DNA from: Bacteroidota bacterium
Lineage (GTDB): Bacteria; Bacteroidota; Bacteroidia; UBA7662
Assembly (NCBI GenBank): GCA_005799025.1
Contig: SYHX01000034.1
Span: forward strand, 6,536-70,535
Reading direction: 5' to 3'
Length of the DNA: 64,000 nucleotides
Shown here one piece after another: positions 57,087 to 64,000 of this stretch. The notes below the pieces were generated by a model. The model saw only the letters and a program-made list of their open reading frames with translations. It did no database searches and had not been told where the DNA came from. The first letter of the stretch is position 1; each line of letters starts with the position of its first letter. The position numbers and the translations under genes were made by a program.

Positions 57087-58232
57087 ATGGGCACCCTAAA
57101 TCCAGTTTTGTTCTCTGCGGACTCGACGATATCCGAGCCGAGAATTCTGCGTAAATCGGTGCAGCCGGCAAACGTTGCCCCTAGGCCCTTCTTGATTGCT
57201 GGGCCCTGCTCTGCCGAAACTCCAGTCCAATTTGAATTAACCCTCAATGGACTGTTACCTCTTGCACCTGATCTAATAAGGGCAGGGATATGGAAGCCTC
57301 GAACCAGACCCAATCGTTTTGAAGGGGTAGGAGAGGAAGGGCTGCGTTGGGTCAGAGAAATGACCCGCGAAAGAAATTTACTATTGGCGATAGAAGTTGC
57401 CCAGCCATCACAGGCGGAGGCTGCTTTGAAATTCGGGGTGGACGTCGTTTGGATTGGTGCTAGGACTACAGTTAATCCTTTCCTAGTGGATGAGCTTGGC
57501 AAGGTTCTGGCAGGTTCACCTTTGCCCGTTATGGTCAAAAACCCAATCAATCCAGATTTGGAACTTTGGTTGGGGGCGGTGGAACGCTTGGAGGCTTTGG
57601 GCCTTCATGAAATTGCATTGGTGCATCGCGGCTTTTCTCCTTTTGAAAGAAGTCCGTACAGGAATATGCCCCAATGGGAAATCCCCATCGAATTGCGACG
57701 CCGCAGACCGGATCTGCCTATGTATTGCGACCCCAGTCATATTACCGGGGATGCAAGGCTGGTTCCGGAGTTTGCTCAAATAGCCTTGGATTTGTGTTAC
57801 GATGGTTGGATGCTGGAGGTTCATCACGATCCTGCCCACGCTTGGTCCGACTCGGATCAACAACTTACCCCCGCCCAATTAGCAGATACCTTGAACGGAT
57901 TGAAATTCCGTAAAATTGATATGGATGACCCCTCAGAAATTATCGGATTGAGAGAATTGAGGCAGGAAGTGGATTATTTGGATGATGAATTGCTGAACTT
58001 GCTTGCTCGGAGGTTAGAGCTCAGTCATCAATTGGGTGAACTCAAAAAGAATTTTGATTTACCAATTCTGCAACCTCGTCGTTGGGAACAAATTTTAAAT
58101 ACCCGAACATCTGCAGGTCAGGCTATCGGTTTGGATGCTTCATTTCTTATCAAATGGTTGCAACTCATGCATCAGGAGAGTATACGTCGCCAATTGGAAG
58201 TATACCGCCCCGATTCAGTCAAAGCGCTGTAG
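57087..58232 (+). CDS. Bifunctional 3-deoxy-7-phosphoheptulonate (DAHP) synthase / chorismate mutase
   Basis: The N-terminal ~270 aa are a DAHP-synthase-type TIM barrel (LIAGPCSAETP, VWIGARTTVNPF, YCDPSHITGD). The C-terminal ~90 aa are an AroQ chorismate-mutase helix bundle (LRELRQEVDYLDDELLNLLARRLELSHQLGELK). Confidence 0.8.
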   Translation: MGTLNPVLFSADSTISEPRILRKSVQPANVAPRPFLIAGPCSAETPVQFELTLNGLLPLAPDLIRAGIWKPRTRPNRFEGVGEEGLRWVREMTRERNLLLAIEVAQPSQAEAALKFGVDVVWIGARTTVNPFLVDELGKVLAGSPLPVMVKNPINPDLELWLGAVERLEALGLHEIALVHRGFSPFERSPYRNMPQWEIPIELRRRRPDLPMYCDPSHITGDARLVPEFAQIALDLCYDGWMLEVHHDPAHAWSDSDQQLTPAQLADTLNGLKFRKIDMDDPSEIIGLRELRQEVDYLDDELLNLLARRLELSHQLGELKKNFDLPILQPRRWEQILNTRTSAGQAIGLDASFLIKWLQLMHQESIRRQLEVYRPDSVKAL

Positions 58233-58279
58233 CTTGGGCAGATTGGGCCGCTGCGACGCGTCCTTCTAAGTGTCTGTAC

Positions 58280-59293
58280 ATGGCAGACCCCAACACGGTG
58301 GTCTATGCGAGACCCCTGATGGTTGTGGTGGATGGGCCTTTATACGTGGTGAATTCAGGTGAGGGAAGCAAATCGTGGGAATCCTTATCCTCAATCCTTG
58401 ATTTTTTGCTCAAGTATCAGGCTGATCAGGAATCTGTTTTGGTTGTTGTAGGCGGAGGAGCTCTAAGCGATGTCGGCGGGCTAGCGGCCTCACTTTTCAA
58501 AAGAGGAATTCGGTGGGTCTCCGTGCCAACGACGTTGTTGGCCATGGTAGATGCAGCATGGGGGGGTAAAACCGCCATAAATTTTGGTGGAGTCAAAAAC
58601 AGTGTTGGGGTATATCATTGGCCATCGCATTGGATATACGATTTTTCTTCGTTGTATTCCTTGAACGAAAGGCAACGGTTTGATGGTTGGGTGGAGATAT
58701 TCAAGCACGCAATCATTGGCGATGCTGTTTTGTTTCAAGAGGTCAAGGCATTTTGGAGCAGCTATGATCTAACAAACAAGGAGTCATCGGGTTTAATGCC
58801 GCTGCCTGACCAAGGCCTTATTGATGCCGCATTACGGGTCAAAATTCGAATTGTTCAAGAAGACCCATACGAACGCGATTTGCGTCGTTTACTTAATTAT
58901 GGGCACACTTTGGCCCATGCCCTCGAGTCATCACCTGTTGGTTTCAGCCATGGCCAGGCCGTTTGGCTGGGCATGCTCTTTGAATTGAATTTAGCGGCTC
59001 AAGGTATTTGTCTGCATGAAGGCGAGGTACTGCCCATTCTCGAATTTCTACGATTATTGGCGCCATTCAGCGGCTATGCTGATGAATCAACCTCGATTGT
59101 ACTCCCGCCTTGGAATACTGTTTGGGATTTTATGTTGCAAGACAAGAAAATCCGCTATGGTCAAATCGCTTGGTCTCTTCCGATCAAAGCAGGTCATGGC
59201 CAAACGGGTATTGCAATCGATACCCAGATCGTGAAGGAATTGTACGAAATTTGGTTGTCAAATCCGTTGGATCACAAGGTATTCATTCCATAG
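58280..59293 (+). CDS. aroB: 3-dehydroquinate synthase
   Basis: Strings VVVGGGALSDVGGLAASLFKRGIRWVSVPTTLLAMVDAAWGGKTAINF, and NYGHTLAHALE. The ATG at 58280 (MADPNTVVYARPL) was located inside the longer track ORF. Confidence 0.8.
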   Translation: MADPNTVVYARPLMVVVDGPLYVVNSGEGSKSWESLSSILDFLLKYQADQESVLVVVGGGALSDVGGLAASLFKRGIRWVSVPTTLLAMVDAAWGGKTAINFGGVKNSVGVYHWPSHWIYDFSSLYSLNERQRFDGWVEIFKHAIIGDAVLFQEVKAFWSSYDLTNKESSGLMPLPDQGLIDAALRVKIRIVQEDPYERDLRRLLNYGHTLAHALESSPVGFSHGQAVWLGMLFELNLAAQGICLHEGEVLPILEFLRLLAPFSGYADESTSIVLPPWNTVWDFMLQDKKIRYGQIAWSLPIKAGHGQTGIAIDTQIVKELYEIWLSNPLDHKVFIP

Positions 59294-59316
59294 CTTCCCT
59301 ATTGTCTATTCCAAGT

Positions 59317-60807
59317 CTATTGAAGAGTCCGGGTGAATTAACCTTTCAAGGCAGTCCAACGCGGCTTCCTTCGGTAGTGTCGTTGAGATTGCCGCCGTCC
59401 AAAAGTCAGCTAATACGGCGAATATTCATTCGCGCCGTCCAAGGTCAGCCTTTTCATAACACTGATTTTGATTCCACTTGGCCAAAGGATGTTCAAGATG
59501 CGTGGTCTTTGGTTCAAGGCTTTTTCTTGCAACGTCAGCGAGGTCATCAAGAACCCGACGATCATCTTTGGGAAGCGGGCGAAGCAGGCACGGTGATGCG
59601 CTTTGGTCTCGCCTTTTTGGTTGCACAAGGCTGTAGAGGAATTTTGAAAGGCTCTGGCAGAGCTCATGAGCGGCCCATAGGCGATTTGGTTGATGCCTTG
59701 GTCTTTTGCGGCGCCAACATTGAATACCTCGCCAAGCAAGGTTACCCGCCCTTGAAGATTCAACCCTCTTTGTTGACTAGGAGGAATTTGCGTTTGGATG
59801 CGGGTACCAGTTCCCAATTCATCTCAGCTCTGGTTTTGGTTGCGCCGCTCTTGGGTGCTAATATTGATTTGAATGAAAATGTCCCATGGGTAATTTCTTG
59901 TCCAGCCCAGGCCCTTTCTTCCAAGCCTTATTTGGAAATGACCGTCAAGGAAATGAAGGAAGCTGGTTTCTTTTTGGATAATTCTGCTAATTCCGTTCGC
60001 TATTTTTCCAATCGGCCTTATCAAGTTCAGGGGTTGCCTCTTCGACATGAAGGCACGGAAAATTCATCATTTCTTGTTGAAGGTGATTGGAGCGCCGCTT
60101 CGTTTTGGATTTGGCGGCAAGCCGAGGTTCCTCTTTGTCAGCATTTAGAGGTTAAGATTTTGACCAACGAAAGCAACCAAGCTGATCGTATTATTTTGGA
60201 TTTGTTGCCTCTGCTTGCTCCTAGGGTTTCCGTTAGTTTCAACCCGGATAATCGCAGTTGGACCATTGACTCTTTGGGCAGAGATCAAGGTCTTGTCGGC
60301 AAGGATTCGGATGGAGGCCATGATATGGCCACTTCCATAGTGAGTAAGAGCGATGGGATTTGGCGAATTAGGGCGACGGATTTTCCGGATATGGTTCCGG
60401 CCTTGGCCATGTGGGCGCTCCTGTCAGGCAATGCCTTGGAAATTATCGGCATTGGTCATCTCCGATACAAGGAAAGCGACCGAATACAGGCCTTGATGTA
60501 TAATCTGGATTTGTTGGGTATTCCGAATGGACCACTTGCGCTTGAGGGTATAATCATCACCCCGCCTAGTTCGTGGAAAGATTATTCTCAACGTTTCGTT
60601 ACTAGTCAAGGCTATGGGCAAATCAGTGGCAATTCTTTTCCTGTGTTCCGCTGTTTCGGTGATCATCGGATAGCCATGGCATTAAGCATGCTTGCGTTGC
60701 CAGATCTGCCTATACCCCTTGATGAGCCAGATGTGGTTCGAAAGTCTTATCCAAGTTATTGGGAGGATTGGGCCAAATTTGGATATACCTTGATGTCCTT
60801 AAATTAG
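59317..60807 (+). CDS. aroA: 3-phosphoshikimate 1-carboxyvinyltransferase (EPSP synthase)
   Basis: EPSP synthase strings LPPSKSQLIRRIFIRAV, LDAGTSSQFISALVLVAPLLG, FGDHRIAMALSMLAL. There is no in-frame ATG between the aroB stop and the conserved N-terminal motif, so the start is probably TTG (about 59302-59317). The protein is longer than the usual ~430 aa. Confidence 0.75.
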   Translation, partial: LLKSPGELTFQGSPTRLPSVVSLRLPPSKSQLIRRIFIRAVQGQPFHNTDFDSTWPKDVQDAWSLVQGFFLQRQRGHQEPDDHLWEAGEAGTVMRFGLAFLVAQGCRGILKGSGRAHERPIGDLVDALVFCGANIEYLAKQGYPPLKIQPSLLTRRNLRLDAGTSSQFISALVLVAPLLGANIDLNENVPWVISCPAQALSSKPYLEMTVKEMKEAGFFLDNSANSVRYFSNRPYQVQGLPLRHEGTENSSFLVEGDWSAASFWIWRQAEVPLCQHLEVKILTNESNQADRIILDLLPLLAPRVSVSFNPDNRSWTIDSLGRDQGLVGKDSDGGHDMATSIVSKSDGIWRIRATDFPDMVPALAMWALLSGNALEIIGIGHLRYKESDRIQALMYNLDLLGIPNGPLALEGIIITPPSSWKDYSQRFVTSQGYGQISGNSFPVFRCFGDHRIAMALSMLALPDLPIPLDEPDVVRKSYPSYWEDWAKFGYTLMSLN

Positions 60808-60810
60808 CGT

Positions 60811-61986
60811 ATGCCAGGAAACAGTTTTGGACGAAATTTTCGGATTAGCTCCTTTGGGGAATCCCATGGTCCGGTGATTGGTGTTGTAGTGGATGGTATC
60901 CCTGCAGGCTTACCGCTTGATTTGAACAGGGTTCAAGAACAACTCGATCGTCGTCGACCTGGCCAAAGCCGGATGACCACTGCTCGAAACGAAGAGGACC
61001 GGGTGGAATGCCTATCGGGTTTGTTTGAAGGACTAAGCACAGGTGCCCCTCTGACCTTGGTTATTCCGAACCGTGATGCCAAGCCTGAAGATTACAATAG
61101 TCTTCGTGATCAAATCAGACCATCGCATGCTGATTTTACGGTGATGGCGAGGTTCGGCTACCGGGATCATCGTGGTGGGGGAAGGAGTAGCGCACGGGAA
61201 ACTGCTGCTCGTGTCATGGCTGGTGCAGTGGCCGCCGCCCTGCTCGATTGCATAGGTGTTCGTTGTTATGCTTGGGTTCATTCCGTTGGACCTCATGCTT
61301 TAAAGGTTCCCTTTCCTCCAGGATTTTCGCCACAAGCCACGGCTTCAGGCTATGAGATTCACCGCCTTTGTCCCTTCACTAAGGAACAGATAGAGGCATC
61401 TCCTGTCCGCTGTCCTGACCCTGTCGCATCCTCCAACATGGAGGCGTATGTTGACGAGGTTCGTTCAGCGGGTGATAGTACCGGTGGCACGGTGGTGGGC
61501 TGGTGCCAAGGTTTGCCCCCTGGTTTGGGTGATCCGGTTTTTGACCGCCTGGAAGCTGATCTAGCCAAAGCTATTTTATCCATTAATGCAGTCAAAGCAT
61601 TTGAATTGGGGAGTGGATTCGCGATGAGCGTGGGCAAAGCTTCAGAGTACAACGATGCGATTCTCAAGGCTGATACCCAAACGTGGTCTTCCATAGAAAC
61701 TTTAACTAATCATTCAGGAGGAATACAGGGGGGGATTAGCAATGGGCAACCCTTGTGGATTAAGGTTGGCTTCAAAGCAACGGCTACGGTAGCATTTCCT
61801 CAGCAATCGGTTGATTTTCAAGGAAATCCAGTGACCTTGCAGGCCCATGGTCGTCATGACCCTTGCGTTGTGCCACGAGCTGTTCCTATCGTAGAGGCAA
61901 TGATGTCTGTAGTGATTGCTGATCACTTGCTCGCTTGGCCTGCAGCTCAATTGTCTACCCTCATGAAATCCGTTGTCCGATCCTGA
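60811..61986 (+). CDS. aroC: Chorismate synthase
   Basis: Strings FGESHGPVIGVVVDGIPAGL, MTTARNEEDRVECLSGLFEG, DHRGGGRSSARETAARV. 391 aa. Confidence 0.9.
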   Translation: MPGNSFGRNFRISSFGESHGPVIGVVVDGIPAGLPLDLNRVQEQLDRRRPGQSRMTTARNEEDRVECLSGLFEGLSTGAPLTLVIPNRDAKPEDYNSLRDQIRPSHADFTVMARFGYRDHRGGGRSSARETAARVMAGAVAAALLDCIGVRCYAWVHSVGPHALKVPFPPGFSPQATASGYEIHRLCPFTKEQIEASPVRCPDPVASSNMEAYVDEVRSAGDSTGGTVVGWCQGLPPGLGDPVFDRLEADLAKAILSINAVKAFELGSGFAMSVGKASEYNDAILKADTQTWSSIETLTNHSGGIQGGISNGQPLWIKVGFKATATVAFPQQSVDFQGNPVTLQAHGRHDPCVVPRAVPIVEAMMSVVIADHLLAWPAAQLSTLMKSVVRS

Positions 61987-62115
61987 AACAATTGTTCCAG
62001 CCTAAAACTCCTTTTGAAATTCACCTCCATGAAGAAAGTCTTCCCCAAGCACCATCCCTCTAAGGACTTGCCCGATCAAAGCGCGGAACCGTCCGAGGGG
62101 TCAAAACCCTGGCCT

Positions 62116-63399
62116 ATGCATATACGTATTTTGATGGGTATCGGGATGGGCTTGATCTTTGGGCTGAGTTCATCGGCAGGCGGATGGTCCTCATGGGTGG
62201 TGGATTGGGTCAAGCCCGTGGGCACGGTGTTTGTAAATCTTCTGAAATTAGTGGCGATTCCCTTGGTTTTGGTTTCGTTGGTGGATGGCGTCACAGGCCT
62301 CAAAGATCTTCGCAAGCTATCTAGTATGGGTGGGCGGACTTTGTTGATTTTTCTGATGACCACCGTTTGTGCGGTAAGCATTGGCCTTGTAACGGTGAAC
62401 CTAACCCGACCGGGAGATTATTTATCCGAAACCAAGAGGGATGAGTTGCGTGCACGCTTCGAATCGACTAGTTCTGGTGGACTGGACAATGCCGAAGCCT
62501 TCAAGGAAGAGGGGCCATTGGCAGCAGTAATTAATATGGTTCCCGAGAATCTTTTTCATGCACTTTCTCATAATACATCCATGTTACAAGTAGTTTTTTT
62601 CGCTTTGTTCATGGGCGTGGCCATTATGTCACTTCCCGCTTCACAAACCAACCTTGTTCGGGATTTGTTCGGGCAACTCAATCGCATCATCCTTTTTATG
62701 GTGGATATGATCATGATTCTAGCTCCATTAGGGGTATTTGCCTTGATCGCGTCATTGATCGCTGATTTTGCTGGAGATGAACCTGCAGAGGCCGTGGAAC
62801 TCCTCGGCGCCCTTTCGGTTTATTCCTTAACCGTTGTTTTGGGCTTGGTAGTCATGATGGCGCTTGTTTATGCGACCTTGTTGCGCTTATTTGGAAACTA
62901 TAATCCACTCAAGTTTTTCAGCATCATGAGCCCAGCCCAGCTGCTCGCTTTTTCCACCTCTTCTTCCAACGCAACCTTGCCGGTCAACTTGGAGTGTGCC
63001 GAAAAGTTGGGGGTTCGTGAAGAAGTGAGAACATTTGTGTTGCCTCTGGGGGCCACTGTGAATATGGACGGGACCAGTCTTTACCAAGCGGTAGCGACCG
63101 TTTTCATTGCCCAAGCCTTTGGCCATGATTTAGGTTGGGCTGAGCAATTAACTATTGTTCTAACAGCAACTCTTGCTTCAATCGGTTCAGCCGGTGTTCC
63201 TGGCGCAGGGATGGTGATGTTGGTGATCGTCCTTCAATCTGTAGGATTAGAGACTGCTGGTATAGCGTTGATTGTGGCCGTTGACCGGATTTTGGATATG
63301 ATGCGAACCGTTGTGAATGTTACAGGCGACGCTATGACCGCTGTCTTGGTCGATCGTTGGATGGGAGATACGTCCACAGAAATAAATTCTGAGGCGTAA
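62116..63399 (+). CDS. Dicarboxylate/amino acid:cation symporter (DAACS/GltP family)
   Basis: 8-TM plus reentrant-loop architecture. Strings LPLGATVNMDGTSLYQAVATVFIAQAFG, GSAGVPGAGMVMLVIVLQSVGL. Start at the internal Met (MHIRILMGIGMG); the track ORF starts at 62014. Confidence 0.8.
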   Translation: MHIRILMGIGMGLIFGLSSSAGGWSSWVVDWVKPVGTVFVNLLKLVAIPLVLVSLVDGVTGLKDLRKLSSMGGRTLLIFLMTTVCAVSIGLVTVNLTRPGDYLSETKRDELRARFESTSSGGLDNAEAFKEEGPLAAVINMVPENLFHALSHNTSMLQVVFFALFMGVAIMSLPASQTNLVRDLFGQLNRIILFMVDMIMILAPLGVFALIASLIADFAGDEPAEAVELLGALSVYSLTVVLGLVVMMALVYATLLRLFGNYNPLKFFSIMSPAQLLAFSTSSSNATLPVNLECAEKLGVREEVRTFVLPLGATVNMDGTSLYQAVATVFIAQAFGHDLGWAEQLTIVLTATLASIGSAGVPGAGMVMLVIVLQSVGLETAGIALIVAVDRILDMMRTVVNVTGDAMTAVLVDRWMGDTSTEINSEA

Positions 63400-63443
63400 T
63401 CTTTTCTTTCACCTCTCCCGGATCTGCCTATATTATCTCCCAA

Positions 63444-63481
63444 AAAAAAAATACCCTCCGAGATTGGAGGGTATTTTTATT
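63444..63481. terminator. Bidirectional rho-independent terminator between the convergent symporter and AP2-domain genes
   Basis: A10 run, then a perfect 9-bp inverted repeat ATACCCTCC / GGAGGGTAT (63451-63459 / 63466-63474) with a 6-nt loop, then TTTTATT. Confidence 0.8.
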
Positions 63482-63514
63482 GAACAAGGGAAAACTTGTC
63501 CTCTGTGAGCGATA

Positions 63515-63946
63515 TTATTTTTTACCTTTACCAAATAATTCAGCTGTCTTCTTTTTGTAGGCAGCAGAGGCTTCAGCTGCAGTATTGAAGGAACCCAAAT
63601 CCAGGCGAACACGGTTATTGAAAAGAATGGCTTTGAATTTATTACCGCTTTTGATCACTCCTTTATAACCGAATTTATTTTCGGTTTTGTTCACATTGCG
63701 AACGACTACTGAGCGGGTTGCAAATTCCAAATTCTCCAAGCGGCAATCCAATGGATTGTTATTGATTACATTTACGAATAAACGCTCTTTGGTTGCCTTT
63801 TTCTTACAGAAAATTTCTGCAACAAGTTTGTGAAGGTAAATGGTTTCGTTTTTGTAGGTTCCATCGCCTAATGGCCAATTTTTTTGGAAGAAGGCATATC
63901 CTCTGGAATGGCGACGAAGATTGGCCAGAAATCCAACTTTAACCAA
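63515..63946 (-). CDS. AP2-domain DNA-binding protein (HNH/AP2-type), possibly 5'-incomplete or continuing beyond the window
   Basis: AP2-like segment NNNPLDCRLENLEF...YKGVIKSGNKFKAILFNNRVRLDLGSFNTAAEASAAYKKKTAELFG. This domain is typically found in phage or mobile-element HNH endonucleases in bacteria. Lys-rich C-terminus. Confidence 0.5.
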   Translation of the reverse strand: MVKVGFLANLRRHSRGYAFFQKNWPLGDGTYKNETIYLHKLVAEIFCKKKATKERLFVNVINNNPLDCRLENLEFATRSVVVRNVNKTENKFGYKGVIKSGNKFKAILFNNRVRLDLGSFNTAAEASAAYKKKTAELFGKGKK

Positions 63947-64000
63947 ATAAGGGTTTTCGTTGAGAAACTTAGCGACTTTGTCGTCTACCTGGGCAGTTTC

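Noticed and set aside
1-64000. CRISPR arrays, IS/transposase, integrase, toxin-antitoxin or known defence-system genes
   Set aside because: No regularly spaced direct repeats, no DDE/serine/tyrosine recombinase motifs, and no paired small ORFs were found. The window looks like conserved core chromosome except possibly the last 0.5 kb.

Overview
This is a densely coding (about 90%) stretch of a Bacteroidota chromosome. Hallmarks include a fused lpxC-fabZ gene, T9SS C-terminal sorting domains (YPNP-type tails) on two secreted proteins, a PorX-type receiver+PglZ regulator, and a gldE/gldD-like gliding pair. Most genes lack Shine-Dalgarno sequences and many overlap by a few nt. I call about 48 protein-coding genes and found no rRNA, tRNA, CRISPR array, transposase or integrase. 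Gene content in window order is as follows. (1) The 3' 3.4 kb of a large T9SS cargo protein with a beta-helix N-terminus and tandem CARDB/MAM-like repeats. (2) A minus-strand run of two POT peptide permeases, a DPP-IV-type S9 peptidase and two tandem TonB-dependent receptors, which I read as a peptide-foraging locus. (3) dprA. (4) An HD-lpxD-lpxC/fabZ-lpxA-(CcmA-like ABC ATPase) cluster. (5) porX-like, udk, trkA-like. (6) A divergent lipoprotein and OM beta-barrel pair of unknown function. (7) nadE, rng, an unannotated 29-aa lysine/arginine-rich mini-ORF resembling ribosomal protein bS22, a TPR protein, HU. (8) mutY-ssb-gldE-gldD-like-recG. (9) rodA-pbp2-mreDCB, purH, htpG, a thiolase, truA, an ABC exporter, a T9SS-tagged M1 aminopeptidase, mlaD-like, an amidase, lptD-like, proline dehydrogenase. 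(10) An aro operon (DAHP synthase/chorismate mutase fusion, aroB, aroA, aroC), a DAACS symporter, and an AP2-domain protein at the right edge. I see no convincing novel defence or mobile system. The most system-like and least-described signal is the TBDT-TBDT-DPPIV-POT-POT peptide acquisition locus and its T9SS-linked surroundings. All functional calls come from motif recognition by eye and need HMM/BLAST confirmation. Many start codons are uncertain because the ORF track uses GTG/TTG starts.
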